The notes under the pieces: generated by a model
Told to the model about the DNA's origin: nothing
Seen by the model: only the letters and a program-made list of their open reading frames with translations
The model's database searches: none
In this document: positions 19,701 through 29,691 of the stretch, piece by piece
Position numbering within the stretch: the first letter of the stretch is position 1
How the letters are laid out: the number at the start of each line of letters is the position of its first letter
IMG/VR virus record: IMGVR_UViG_3300032304_000956
Span: 5,829-69,828 of that record
DNA: 64,000 bases
DNA from: a virus
Strand: one strand, 5' to 3'
Translations under genes and position numbers: made by a program

Positions 19701-20339
19701 ATGTCACGTTTATCTAAACTCGATCAGGTGCTTCTTGCTGAAGCATATTCCGTTCAACTTTTTGAAGAATCCGCTCAATATATGACTATTGGCGAGCTTC
19801 AATCACGTATCCCAACTATGACCATTGAAGAAGCTCAAGTTATCGAAGAACTTTTTGGTAAGTTTGGTGATAAATTAGCACAAGCAGCTTCTGGCGCTAG
19901 TGCTCTTAAGAATGTTGCTGGAAATGCCCTTAAGCAAACTGTCGGTGGTGCCCTTAACAAGGCCAAGCAAGTCGGAGCAGGCACTTTAGCAGCTGGTAAA
20001 CAAGTTGCTAGTAATGTCAAGGAAATCGCCAGCAGCGGTGCCGTTGAAAGAGAAGCACAACAAAGCATTTTAAAGGCTGCTGAGTTGATGAATCAGGTCA
20101 CAGATTTGGTCGCTAAAGCTCAACAACAAAAACTTATCAAGTCACAGAAGCCTGTAACTGATATGTCTTTGTCTGAAATCATGAATGAATTGAAAACCGC
20201 TCAACAATCAGCCCAAACCTTTAAGCAAAATGCTAATGCAGGTGGTTTTACTGGCGGAATCGGTAAAGCTTACCAACAAGGCGCACAATCAGTTAAGCCA
20301 TCCCAACCAATGGGCATGGGAACTCGTCAAACCGCTTAA
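19701..20339 (+). CDS. Ala/Gln/Lys-rich helical protein, possible internal head protein
   Basis: 212-aa ORF with late promoter; LLAEAY near the N-terminus. Confidence 0.55.
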   Translation: MSRLSKLDQVLLAEAYSVQLFEESAQYMTIGELQSRIPTMTIEEAQVIEELFGKFGDKLAQAASGASALKNVAGNALKQTVGGALNKAKQVGAGTLAAGKQVASNVKEIASSGAVEREAQQSILKAAELMNQVTDLVAKAQQQKLIKSQKPVTDMSLSEIMNELKTAQQSAQTFKQNANAGGFTGGIGKAYQQGAQSVKPSQPMGMGTRQTA

Positions 20340-21247
20340 TTAACAATATCTTCCAATGCAAGGATACATGCGAAAGCGTTGATTTCCTTGTCAATAACGG
20401 AAAAACTCCTAAACAGGCTATCTGCAATTTGTATGATAGCCTGTTTCTTTTGTAGCTCGTTCATACTTACATCGTAGATGTAGTTGAGCAGATCAGTAAG
20501 TAATTGATCATAGTCGCTATCAAAAGTATGATCATTCTCGATCAAATACTTTCTGGTTTGCAAAGACGACTTGTTCAAAATGCCTGTCCAAATGTAACTA
20601 CACAGATCATTTGTGTTGGTTTTCTCACCAATGCTCAAAACACCACCAATGCAATGCTTTTGCATTTCGTTGATGCACTTACGAAGATCAGGAAACTGAT
20701 CTTTAACAAGACGAACAAGAAGTTTTTGCTGTTCTGCTGAAACTTTAATGTCTTCGTTTTTCAGAATATTCAAACATCTAAGCACAGCACTTTTTAAAGT
20801 TGGCTTGATATCCACACTTTGGCATCGACTTTGAAGAGGGGCGATGATTCTATGCTTATAGTTAGCTGTAAGGATGAATCTAGCGACTTTATGGTAATCT
20901 TCCATGAGATTACGCAAACAACGCTGAGCATCCTTACTGAGTCCGTCAGCTTCGTCAAGAACAACGACCTTAATACCGCCATCGAAACTTTTTGTCTGAA
21001 CAAATCCAGTCACTTTGGTTCGAATATTATCAATACCAGTTTCATCAGAAGCATTGATATACAAGTAGTCACATTTCAACACATCTTGAACTAGAATTCT
21101 AGCGATTGTGGTTTTACCAGTTCCCGCATGACCTGCGAACAGGTAATGGGGAATATCGGTCGTGATTTCATTGAAGATTTTCCTAGCAGCGTCTGATAAG
21201 CAAACTTCGTCAAATTTCGTTGGGCGGTATTTCTCGGTCCAGATCAT
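20336..21247 (-). CDS. clamp loader AAA+ subunit (T4 gp44/RFC-like)
   Basis: WTEKYRP, GHAGTGKTT, INASDE, LDEADGL, PLQSRC. Confidence 0.95.
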   Translation of the reverse strand: MIWTEKYRPTKFDEVCLSDAARKIFNEITTDIPHYLFAGHAGTGKTTIARILVQDVLKCDYLYINASDETGIDNIRTKVTGFVQTKSFDGGIKVVVLDEADGLSKDAQRCLRNLMEDYHKVARFILTANYKHRIIAPLQSRCQSVDIKPTLKSAVLRCLNILKNEDIKVSAEQQKLLVRLVKDQFPDLRKCINEMQKHCIGGVLSIGEKTNTNDLCSYIWTGILNKSSLQTRKYLIENDHTFDSDYDQLLTDLLNYIYDVSMNELQKKQAIIQIADSLFRSFSVIDKEINAFACILALEDIVN

Positions 21248-21987
21248 ATTTCTTGTAGTCCTAGTTTTTTGTTGGATCGATGCGTTATTGTTCTAACCAA
21301 GTTAGCGCAATCTAAGAGGCTATCAAACGATCCAACGTCAAACCAGAGGATATCACGCAATTCTTCAACGTCAACACCCTCAACCACATTTAATTCTTTG
21401 ATCAAATCGACAATTTCAAGCTCTTTTCGTTTGGATGGCTTTAAAGTTTTAGCAATTTGAACTGCTGCGTTCGTAAACACATACAACCCAACAACAGCAT
21501 CATCACTAACATACTCAGTAGGCTTTTCCACAATGTCAATCAAACTACCATTTTCATCAATAGATGCAACGCCATAAGCTTCTGGATTTTTGACTTTATA
21601 TGTGTAGATGGTATTTGGCTGAATTGAAAGAGTTTGATCACCGATGAAGATATTATCACCCAAAATGAGAGTAACATCATCTCCTCCGATCCATTTATCA
21701 GCTATGATGAACGCTTCAGGTAATCCATTTGGTTTGTCTTGGATTCTGTATTCAAAACGCATACCATATTTTTTACCATTGCCAAGCAAATCATAAAACA
21801 TGGTGAGTTGGTGCTTATCAGCGCAGATGATCATAACATCAACATATCCCATCTTCTGCAAAGTGCCAAGACTATACATAATAACAGGCTTGTCATAAAT
21901 TGGAAGAAGTTGTTTACTAATTCCAAATTGAGTTAGTGGATACAATCTGGTTGCTTTGCCACCAGCAAGAACAATTGCCTTACCCAT
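21244..21987 (-). CDS. rmlA: glucose-1-phosphate thymidylyltransferase
   Basis: LAGGKATRLYPLT..SKQLLPIYDKP, QDKPNGLPEAF, LILGDNIF, ELEI. Confidence 0.92.
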   Translation of the reverse strand: MGKAIVLAGGKATRLYPLTQFGISKQLLPIYDKPVIMYSLGTLQKMGYVDVMIICADKHQLTMFYDLLGNGKKYGMRFEYRIQDKPNGLPEAFIIADKWIGGDDVTLILGDNIFIGDQTLSIQPNTIYTYKVKNPEAYGVASIDENGSLIDIVEKPTEYVSDDAVVGLYVFTNAAVQIAKTLKPSKRKELEIVDLIKELNVVEGVDVEELRDILWFDVGSFDSLLDCANLVRTITHRSNKKLGLQEI

Positions 21988-22864
21988 TTAGCACCTCCTG
22001 TAGAATTTCTTTTTCACTTCTCATACGATGAATTTTCATAGCTTTTTCGTTGTTTAATACACAGTTACTGCGTCCAGCAATGATCGGAATATCTTCAATT
22101 GGAACAAACTCCCATTCTGGATTGCCTTCTCCAAATGAATTTACAATTCGCACCAACTCTTTAGTGTCTAAAGGTTCTGGATTGACAACATTGTAAATGT
22201 CCTGTCCAGTCCATTTAGTGTCTGGATTGCTTATGAGCTTGTTTACAAAAATACAAAGATCTGGAATGTATGTTTTGCTGTTTTTGTAATCGATCAGCTT
22301 GTTATACTTCTTTATTTTTGATAGATAGCTGCGGGAATCGTTCAAACTACTGATCGGCATTCGAATTCTTACTATCTTAACTGGCAGATGCCTCGTCATC
22401 AATTCAAAGGCGTGTTTTGTTTTGCTATAGAATGAGCTTTCGTTGTCAAATAGACCGAAATTTGGAGCATCCTCTTCTGTGTATTCTTTGGTGTAATCAG
22501 TATAAATGCAACCGCTGCCTATGTGGATGTATCGTTTGCCAGCTTTTTGACAAAGTTCAGCGCATTGAAATGGGGACGTTACATTAAGATGCCAACAAAG
22601 ATCCTTTTTGGATTCAGCTTCGTCAATATTTGGTCTTCCTGTAAATCCACTGCAATTGATAACGATCAATGGATCGTAATTGGCGATCAGTTCCATCCAC
22701 AAATCGCGGCGATTGTGATAATCAAGATCAGAGGAATCTACAATTTTAACGGTGTGTCCTTGAATTGACAGGTAACTTTGAAGGTAATTGCCGATATAGC
22801 CGTTACCCAAAATTAGTATTTTACTCAGGATCGTATTCTTCTTCGATGAAGGTTCGGATATCAT
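21980..22864 (-). CDS. NDP-4-keto-6-deoxyglucose 3,5-epimerase/4-reductase (NRS/ER-type, RmlD-like SDR)
   Basis: GNGYIG, TGRPNIDEAE, GCIY, EEDAPNF..SFYSKTK, RIRMPISS resemble the bifunctional NRS/ER type; start codon uncertain. Confidence 0.8.
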   Translation of the reverse strand: MISEPSSKKNTILSKILILGNGYIGNYLQSYLSIQGHTVKIVDSSDLDYHNRRDLWMELIANYDPLIVINCSGFTGRPNIDEAESKKDLCWHLNVTSPFQCAELCQKAGKRYIHIGSGCIYTDYTKEYTEEDAPNFGLFDNESSFYSKTKHAFELMTRHLPVKIVRIRMPISSLNDSRSYLSKIKKYNKLIDYKNSKTYIPDLCIFVNKLISNPDTKWTGQDIYNVVNPEPLDTKELVRIVNSFGEGNPEWEFVPIEDIPIIAGRSNCVLNNEKAMKIHRMRSEKEILQEVLNG

Positions 22865-23042
22865 ATATGTTCAATGTATCGTTGTTTTGCAAAAAGTCAA
22901 CTACCATTGAATACAATTCGTTGCCCATGCTCGAAAGTTCTTCATCTTCAGTAGAATCCAAAAAGGTCTGTAAATCTTCGATTGCGTCAAGAATTTTTTC
23001 TTCTTTTTGTGTGAGTCCTTTTAAAAGTTTTGTTTTGTTCAT
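22821..23042 (-). CDS. hypothetical acidic protein
   Basis: 73-aa ORF heading the rml/clamp-loader operon. Confidence 0.55.
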   Translation of the reverse strand: MNKTKLLKGLTQKEEKILDAIEDLQTFLDSTEDEELSSMGNELYSMVVDFLQNNDTLNIYDIRTFIEEEYDPE

Positions 23043-23083
23043 GATATTTGATGTTATTTAGGTAGTTAATAATAAATATTAAC

Positions 23084-24334
23084 ATGTCAACAAAAATCTC
23101 TGAACTTAACGTAAATAGTTCCGGTTATACTGGAGCGGAACTTATACCGTTGGTCAAAAATGGGCAGACTGTTTCGGGAGCGGTTAGCGGTCTTCCATTT
23201 GCAAGGACCACAGTTAATAATAATTTTACAACAAGTCAGACCATTTTTGGTTCTTTAACATCAAGTTCTGTTGTATTGAGTGGAAACATTTTAAATTTAA
23301 AAAGCATAGGAAGCTCATCTATCGGAATTACTAATACCAATATAACAGGTTTGACTGATTCATTTTTTGTTGGTCGAGGCGCAGGCAGTAATGCATCTGG
23401 AGCAAATAGATCGACGTTTATTGGATTAAGTGCTGGTCAAGATGCTACAAATGCATCTAATTCTAATTTCTTAGGTCAAAATGCTGGTCAGAGTGCTAGA
23501 AATGCTAGCAATTCTAATTTCTTAGGGTTATCCGCTGGTAGTGGTGCTACAGATGCTAGTAGTTCTAATTTCTTAGGATATTATGCTGGTTATAATGCTA
23601 CAGATGCTAGTAGTTCTAATTTCTTAGGATATTATGCTGGTTATAATGCTACAAATGCTAATGGTTCTAATTTCTTAGGGAGTGATGCTGGTAGTGATGC
23701 TACATATGCTAGTTATTCTAATTTCTTAGGGAATGCTGCTGGTATTGGTGCTACACTTGCTAATGGTTCTAATTTCTTAGGGAGTGATGCTGGTAATGGT
23801 GCTACAAATGCTAGTTATTCTAATTTCTTAGGGAGTGAGGCTGGTAGTGGTGCTACTAATGCTAATAATTCTAATTTCTTAGGGGCTAATGCTGGTTATG
23901 ATGCTATAGATGCCTCAAGTTCCAATTTCTTCGGACGAAATGCTGGTAAAAGTGCAAGCTACGGCGTTGCCTCTAATTTTATTGGAAATTATGCTGGTGA
24001 AAATGCTACCTATGCCTCATTTTCCAATTTTATCGGTTTAAGTGCTGGTGCTAATAGCACCACTGCATCAGAATCAGTCTTTATTGGAGCTTATTCTGGT
24101 GGTGGTGTTACTGGTGCTCGTAATACATTTCTTGGAGCGACCACTAAAACGACTTCTCCCAGTTTTTCTGGATGTTTAGCATTAGGTTATGGTGCGCAAG
24201 CAAATAGAAACAATCAACTGGCAATAGGATCAACTCAAGTCCCTCTTGTAACAGCTAATACAGGAACTTCGACTGGAAGTTATCTTATAGTTCGTATAAA
24301 CGGTGTTGATAGAAAGCTTTTAATTTTTGATTAA
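23084..24334 (+). CDS. tail fibre-like protein with 14-aa SNFLGxxAG repeats
   Basis: N-terminal KISEL fibre motif, repeat stack, C-terminal IVRINGVDRKL; TAAATA promoter. Confidence 0.7.
   Translation: MSTKISELNVNSSGYTGAELIPLVKNGQTVSGAVSGLPFARTTVNNNFTTSQTIFGSLTSSSVVLSGNILNLKSIGSSSIGITNTNITGLTDSFFVGRGAGSNASGANRSTFIGLSAGQDATNASNSNFLGQNAGQSARNASNSNFLGLSAGSGATDASSSNFLGYYAGYNATDASSSNFLGYYAGYNATNANGSNFLGSDAGSDATYASYSNFLGNAAGIGATLANGSNFLGSDAGNGATNASYSNFLGSEAGSGATNANNSNFLGANAGYDAIDASSSNFFGRNAGKSASYGVASNFIGNYAGENATYASFSNFIGLSAGANSTTASESVFIGAYSGGGVTGARNTFLGATTKTTSPSFSGCLALGYGAQANRNNQLAIGSTQVPLVTANTGTSTGSYLIVRINGVDRKLLIFD
23400..24060 (+). repeat. 42-bp coding tandem repeats (core tctaatttcttagg)
   Basis: About 15 copies by eye, including near-identical adjacent units around 23547-23655. 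Confidence 0.85.
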
Positions 24335-24350
24335 ACAAGTAAATAATGCT

Positions 24351-24698
24351 ATGAGCTTACTAACGCAAACTCCACAAACCCCATCAGATTCTGAAAAATT
24401 GAAAAGAATTTCAAACAATATCAAATCAATTTCATCCAGAACTTACAATGATCTTGTAAGAGTTCAAAAAACAGGCATTGATTCTGTTTGGAATAATAGA
24501 GAATTCACACCACAACAAATTATCGATGCGTTGGGAGACGACGCTATTAAGATTTTTGATGTTCATGGCAAATTGACTGATTATTTGGTAAGCATCAGCG
24601 CAATTGATGGAATCGATTATGTCCCAGCACTACCAACCAACGCATTCATAGTCGAAGACGGTAAGATAACAATTACCGATTTGCCATACATTCCATAA
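24351..24698 (+). CDS. hypothetical protein (possible fibre chaperone)
   Basis: ATG 5 nt after TAAATA; follows the fibre gene. Confidence 0.55.
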   Translation: MSLLTQTPQTPSDSEKLKRISNNIKSISSRTYNDLVRVQKTGIDSVWNNREFTPQQIIDALGDDAIKIFDVHGKLTDYLVSISAIDGIDYVPALPTNAFIVEDGKITITDLPYIP

Positions 24699-24722
24699 GT
24701 TTTTCACTATTCATACGGTAAA

Positions 24723-24760
24723 CAAAAAACGCTCACTTAACTGTGAGCGTTTTTTTTTGT
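24723..24760. terminator. bidirectional intrinsic terminator
   Basis: aaaaacgctcac-ttaact-gtgagcgttttt between convergent genes. Confidence 0.85.
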
Positions 24761-25561
24761 TTAAAAGTAATCTCCGTAGATTGACGTATCATTTACTGAA
24801 TTGTCAAACACTTTCTCTTTGACAATTTTATCAACATCCATCGGATATGATTTCGGCCAGCTACTCAATTGAGTTGTGGACAATTGATCCAATAATGTTA
24901 TTGAACTTGAAAGAACGCCACTGAATGAATTCTCATAAACCTGAACGTTATTGTCTTCTCCTTCAAAACCGGGTTCAAAGCTGTAATCGTATCTCTTAGC
25001 TGTTATTTTCCATACATAATGGCCAGCTAATGGGTTGATCGTTGTGCTATCTTCATCAATAGCTTCTGTAATCACGAATCGTTTAGCGACTCTACCGTTG
25101 GGGCGATCACAACCAAATGGAGTCAATACCATTCCATCATCGGCTTTTGGTTCAACTCGTTGACCGTTAATCTGATGTATGTTAATGTTTGCAAAAGCAG
25201 CTTGAAATCCTTTAATGTGGATATACATTGTGATGGTATCGTCTGGTTCCCATCCATAAGTCTGTAAAGGAACGCCATTCATAGCATATTGCACATATGC
25301 TCTGATGGTAACAGGACCATAATAAGGAGCTATTGTGTGTTCACCATAAAAGTTGTTGGCACTTGATAAGTTATAAGTGTGAACATAGTAATCAATGTCC
25401 ACGCCGTAATTATTAATCTGTTCAGCAAACCCACTGCTATAGATAGCGCGTTCTGCTTGAAATTTAGACGGATCAGCAAAACCAGCACAAGCAGGTTTAT
25501 ACAACCCAGCGAAAATATTAGCTGGTTCAAGACATGATAGTGGTGTTGTTGGGCATCCCAT
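24761..25561 (-). CDS. neck/head-closure protein (gp14-like)
   Basis: INNYGVDIDYY..YGEH..IRAY..YGW..D..EPKADD, resembling T4 gp14. Confidence 0.65.
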   Translation of the reverse strand: MGCPTTPLSCLEPANIFAGLYKPACAGFADPSKFQAERAIYSSGFAEQINNYGVDIDYYVHTYNLSSANNFYGEHTIAPYYGPVTIRAYVQYAMNGVPLQTYGWEPDDTITMYIHIKGFQAAFANINIHQINGQRVEPKADDGMVLTPFGCDRPNGRVAKRFVITEAIDEDSTTINPLAGHYVWKITAKRYDYSFEPGFEGEDNNVQVYENSFSGVLSSSITLLDQLSTTQLSSWPKSYPMDVDKIVKEKVFDNSVNDTSIYGDYF

Positions 25562-25565
25562 ATTC

Positions 25566-25910
25566 TTATTTAACTTGAATTACCTGAGCTTTGTTACCTT
25601 GTGGAGTTACAAACATCTGCAATGCATATGGACTGCTTTTTATCTTGGATATTTTACCATCTTTGAATTCCAAGTTGTATGTCACCAACACATCAGTAAG
25701 TTCATTGCCGACAAATACATAACCAAGCTTATGAACTTTTGCGTTGAGCGGTTTGTATGGTCCCTTAGTAGTGACATATTTACGTGTCATGTCATTTGGT
25801 TTTGCGATGTCTCTACTTCCCTTTTTATTACTTGCATATATAGTAAGTTTAGGGGTGCCATCTGCCATGTTATGAGCATATTCTAAGAAGAATGTTTGGA
25901 AGGATACCAT
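25566..25910 (-). CDS. putative internal head protein (MVSFQTFFLE leader)
   Basis: N-terminus resembles the T4 capsid-targeting sequence. Confidence 0.55.
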   Translation of the reverse strand: MVSFQTFFLEYAHNMADGTPKLTIYASNKKGSRDIAKPNDMTRKYVTTKGPYKPLNAKVHKLGYVFVGNELTDVLVTYNLEFKDGKISKIKSSPYALQMFVTPQGNKAQVIQVK

Positions 25911-26322
25911 ATTTTTATTTAGGCGATTGCACGCGGGTCATAAATTAATTCTGAGTTTTTAGAAATGCAAAACTCTATTAATTTTTCTCTTTGTATTGGA
26001 TTAGGATCATTTTTACTACCCCGAACATATACAATTTTATTAGTTATATCAAATACTATGAATAAAAGATTATTTTCTACTTTATAATCTATCATCCAAT
26101 CTGATATCCATTCCCAATCTTTATCCCAATCTGGATCTTCTCCGAATTGAGCATTCCAAAATGAAGTAATGTCATCTTCTAAATCAAAATCTTCAATCAC
26201 CTGTGATAGATGGTCAGTATGGACATCATGGATGACACCATCTGAAGTCATATAATACGCTTTCGCATTATCTATAAAATATTCTAAGAAGAATGTTTGG
26301 AAGGATACCATATTTTTATTTA
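25878..26322. repeat. identical 44-nt direct repeat (25878-25921 and 26279-26322)
   Basis: atattctaagaagaatgtttggaaggataccatatttttattta, i.e. late promoter plus the first 11 codons. Confidence 0.9.
25919..26311 (-). CDS. putative internal head protein (MVSFQTFFLE leader)
   Basis: Same leader as its neighbour with an unrelated body. Confidence 0.55.
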   Translation of the reverse strand: MVSFQTFFLEYFIDNAKAYYMTSDGVIHDVHTDHLSQVIEDFDLEDDITSFWNAQFGEDPDWDKDWEWISDWMIDYKVENNLLFIVFDITNKIVYVRGSKNDPNPIQREKLIEFCISKNSELIYDPRAIA

Positions 26323-26324
26323 AT

Positions 26325-26355
26325 AAAAAAGGGAGCCATTTACGGCTCCCTTTTT
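26325..26355. terminator. intrinsic terminator
   Basis: aaaaaagggagcc-atttac-ggctcccttttt downstream of the acidic protein gene. Confidence 0.85.
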
Positions 26356-26378
26356 CGGTCTTTAATTATCTAAATTGT

Positions 26379-27263
26379 TTATTGGAAGTAACCAGAACCC
26401 GGCTTGTATGCCTTGCCGACCTTGTTTCCAGAACCAGTTCCCATGTTAACATTGGTTCCAAAGTTTTCCTTGGTTCCAACTTCATCAGTTACCTTAGCGG
26501 AAGCGGAAGACTTCTTAGCCTTACCAAGAGTTCCACCAACCTTGTTGTTCTTACCAGTCAAGGAGTGTCCGGCGGTAGATGGAAGTTCAGAAGCTTCACC
26601 TTCTTCATCTTCTTCATTTTCACCGTATTCACCATCATCTTCACCACCAAAATCGAGATCATCATCACCTTCGTAATCGTCGTCTTCACCACCGAAGTCA
26701 CCTTCGAGATTGTCATCCAACACTCCAGCGAAGATATTGTGGAATTGCTGTGCAAGAGACTTTGGCAGAGTAATGGTAACTTCTTCGTCATCGCCGCCTT
26801 CTTCACCACCGAATTCATCATCCATTGGCTTATCTTCAAGGCCGAGAGCGTCGATAGATTCATCTTCTGCATCTTCCATGCCCCAGTTTTCTTTAATAAC
26901 ACGGGCATACAACTTATCAAAACTTAGTGTTTTCTTGGTCATAACAGTATTTAGTATTTGTTTTCCAATTTTTCTACTTTCTTCTTTAATTTCTTCCTGA
27001 TCATCGTCTTCCTTTTCGATATCATCGTCTTCAAGCTCTTCGTCTTCAAGCTCTTCGTCCTCTTCATTGTGTTTGGAACAACCACAATCATCCAGAGCAA
27101 CGTGGAAACCATCCACATGTGGACCTTTTCCATCGAGCGGCATACCATCATTGAAATCGTTACCTCCCTTTTTGATTTTACCTTCTTTTACTAGATTATA
27201 CTTAAAAGTGTTCAACATACCACCGTATATATCACCTAAGTTATTGATATCGCGTTTTGCCAT
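26379..27263 (-). CDS. highly acidic protein, putative prohead core/scaffold component
   Basis: D/E runs, internal SFDKLYARVIKE, late promoter and terminator. Confidence 0.55.
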   Translation of the reverse strand: MAKRDINNLGDIYGGMLNTFKYNLVKEGKIKKGGNDFNDGMPLDGKGPHVDGFHVALDDCGCSKHNEEDEELEDEELEDDDIEKEDDDQEEIKEESRKIGKQILNTVMTKKTLSFDKLYARVIKENWGMEDAEDESIDALGLEDKPMDDEFGGEEGGDDEEVTITLPKSLAQQFHNIFAGVLDDNLEGDFGGEDDDYEGDDDLDFGGEDDGEYGENEEDEEGEASELPSTAGHSLTGKNNKVGGTLGKAKKSSASAKVTDEVGTKENFGTNVNMGTGSGNKVGKAYKPGSGYFQ

Positions 27264-27300
27264 ATTGTTATTTATGCGTTTTGATCTTAAATAATCAATT
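27264..27300. promoter_or_regulatory. divergent TAAATA late promoters
   Basis: TATTTA at 27269-27274 and TAAATA at 27288-27293. Confidence 0.6.
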
Positions 27301-29073
27301 ATGGCGAAAAAACAAGAAGCTAAATTTTATATGGGTAATGCGAACCTTCCTTCAAAAGGTTCTACATTCGCATATACAGAAGCTGAAATCAAAGAATTCG
27401 ACAAATGCACCAAGAATATCTTGCATTTCGCTGAGAACTATTTCTTCATTTTGAAAGTTGGTAAGGGTAAGGAAAAGATCAAACTATACAAGGCTCAGAA
27501 AAGAGCACTGAAGAAAATGATGGACAATCCATACTTTGTTTTACTTGCTAGTAGACAAGTGGGCAAAAGTACCCTTATGACAATTTACATTCTATGGATG
27601 GCGAACTTCTTCCCAGACCAAAGAATTCTTCTGGTTGCCAACAAAGAAGCAACTGCTATTGAAATTTTCAGTCGAGTTCGTATGGCATATGAGTTATTGC
27701 CAAACTGGCTCAAGTCCCCTGTTGTTGAATATGCCAAGACAAGTATGGAGCTTGAAAACGGAAGCCGTATCAGTATTACAACAACAACTGGAACTGCTGC
27801 CCGTGGTCAGAGCGTCTCGGTTTTGATCATTGATGAGGTTGCGTTTATCGAACCCCACTTAATGGAACCATTCTGGGCATCTGTATTTCCTATTGTATCA
27901 TCGTCTCCAGATTCAAAGGTATTCATGTGCTCCACTCCAAATGGAACTGGTAATTTGTTTTATGATATTTATACAGGAGCTATAGAGGGCACTAATGGAT
28001 GGGCACATGATAAAATTTTATGGAGCGAAATTCCCGGAAGAGATGAAAAATGGGTTAAAAAAATCAAAAGCGGTCTAGCGTCTGAAGAAAAGTTTCGCCA
28101 AGAATTCGAATGTGAGTTTGTAAATGCTGGAACTGGTTCATTGAGTGAGGAAGTATATAACAAACTCAAATCAAACATCGCAGATCCTGTTGAAACTTTA
28201 ATGGATGGCAAATACAAGATATTTGAACTCTATGATCCTGAGAAAATCTATGTAGCAGGCGTTGATACCGCTGACGGTATCGGCAAAGACTTCAGCTGTA
28301 TTAAGATTTTGGACATTACAGATCCTTGTGAAATCATCGAAGCTGCTGAATACTATGATAATACAATGCCAGTTGCTGAATTTTCCAATAAGGTGTATGA
28401 AATACTATGCCATTGGGGTAAACCTGTTGTGTGTATTGAAAGAAACAACCAAGGTGGACAAGTTGCTGACCGTTTGGGTATAGATATGGGCTACATGGAT
28501 CGTGTTGTTTCTTGGGGAAGTAAACTAGCTGGTCGTAAAAACACTCAATTGTTGGGTATGATCAGTTCAAGAAACACAAAATACAATGCTGTTGCGAATG
28601 CACGTTACTATTATAGTGAAAAAATGGCATTGGTTTTCAAAAATAAAGATTCATTGGATGAAGTTTGTAAAGATTTCGTCAAATTGCCAAATGATTCGTG
28701 GGGTGCTGTATCTGGAAAGCACGATGATAGAACAATGGCGCTTGTTTGGGCGCTTATGGTCCTTCATGACGAAATTATCGATCAATACTTCACAGTTGAT
28801 GAGGTTGATGATTGCGGAAAACCCGCAAAAATATCCCGTTTGCCATTTGGTCTTACATTTGAAAAGGCAACTTCAATTTATACCAATGAATTTGTCGATG
28901 GTATTGAAAATAGCTTCATAGCACCTATTGCATTTGGAACTCGATCAGCATTGAGCGATGATTTGGCTGAATTGGAAGCTGAAGGTTGGGTATGTCTAAA
29001 TGGATCAGCATATGGTGATGGATATAGAGAATTGAACGACTATGAAACAACATTTTTTGATAAATACTTTTAA
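27301..29073 (+). CDS. terL: terminase large subunit (T4 gp17-like)
   Basis: SRQVGKST, IIDEVAF, STPNG, FRQEFECEF, GVDTADG, HDDRTMAL. Confidence 0.95.
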   Translation: MAKKQEAKFYMGNANLPSKGSTFAYTEAEIKEFDKCTKNILHFAENYFFILKVGKGKEKIKLYKAQKRALKKMMDNPYFVLLASRQVGKSTLMTIYILWMANFFPDQRILLVANKEATAIEIFSRVRMAYELLPNWLKSPVVEYAKTSMELENGSRISITTTTGTAARGQSVSVLIIDEVAFIEPHLMEPFWASVFPIVSSSPDSKVFMCSTPNGTGNLFYDIYTGAIEGTNGWAHDKILWSEIPGRDEKWVKKIKSGLASEEKFRQEFECEFVNAGTGSLSEEVYNKLKSNIADPVETLMDGKYKIFELYDPEKIYVAGVDTADGIGKDFSCIKILDITDPCEIIEAAEYYDNTMPVAEFSNKVYEILCHWGKPVVCIERNNQGGQVADRLGIDMGYMDRVVSWGSKLAGRKNTQLLGMISSRNTKYNAVANARYYYSEKMALVFKNKDSLDEVCKDFVKLPNDSWGAVSGKHDDRTMALVWALMVLHDEIIDQYFTVDEVDDCGKPAKISRLPFGLTFEKATSIYTNEFVDGIENSFIAPIAFGTRSALSDDLAELEAEGWVCLNGSAYGDGYRELNDYETTFFDKYF

Positions 29074-29075
29074 TA

Positions 29076-29654
29076 ATGAGTGAAGAAATCAGACAAAGCC
29101 CATTGAATCAAGCAGCAAAAGATAAATTCCTTTTGGTGTTTGATTTGCCTCCTATTCTAAAGACATTTTCGAAGACTTATGAAAGGAACAACAGTTCTGT
29201 GATTCCTGATAACGTTCAATTCTCTATTTGGGGAACTAGCGTTCCTGAAATCACAGTTCCCGGTGTTGAAACTAGATACTCAGGTTCTACATTGTATGTA
29301 TCAAGCCACAACAAGAATAGTTACCCTCCAGTTTCAATTGACTTTGCGATTGATGACCAATACAACAACTATTGGTGTATATATCAATGGTTGAACTTGA
29401 TGCATGACCAAAAGACAGGGCAATATGACGAAAGACAAGTATTTGTAGATGCCAACTTCAACGATTACCAAACAGACATAACAGTTTACGGATTGGATGA
29501 ATATGGCAAAAAGAAAATCAAATTCGTTTATAAAAAAGCATTCCCAACCACTCTAAAAGGAATTGAGTATAATTATCAAGCAACTGGTGATATGCGAATT
29601 ACAAGCGGTTTTGTGTTCTTGTATAGTCAATTGCATGTAGAATTAATTGATTGA
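29076..29654 (+). CDS. tail completion/tube terminator (gp3-like)
   Basis: FAIDDQYNNYWCIYQWL...AFPTTL; tube-fold motifs next to the sheath gene. Confidence 0.65.
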   Translation: MSEEIRQSPLNQAAKDKFLLVFDLPPILKTFSKTYERNNSSVIPDNVQFSIWGTSVPEITVPGVETRYSGSTLYVSSHNKNSYPPVSIDFAIDDQYNNYWCIYQWLNLMHDQKTGQYDERQVFVDANFNDYQTDITVYGLDEYGKKKIKFVYKKAFPTTLKGIEYNYQATGDMRITSGFVFLYSQLHVELID

Positions 29655-29691
29655 ATTGAAAAAACATGCGACGATTTTTCTAAATAATAGC

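Noticed and set aside
23400-24060. 42-bp periodic repeats as a CRISPR array
   Set aside because: They are in-frame 14-aa coding repeats without unique spacers, and no cas genes are present.
27301-29073. Intein or intron in the terminase
   Set aside because: Length and motif spacing fit an uninterrupted gp17-like protein.
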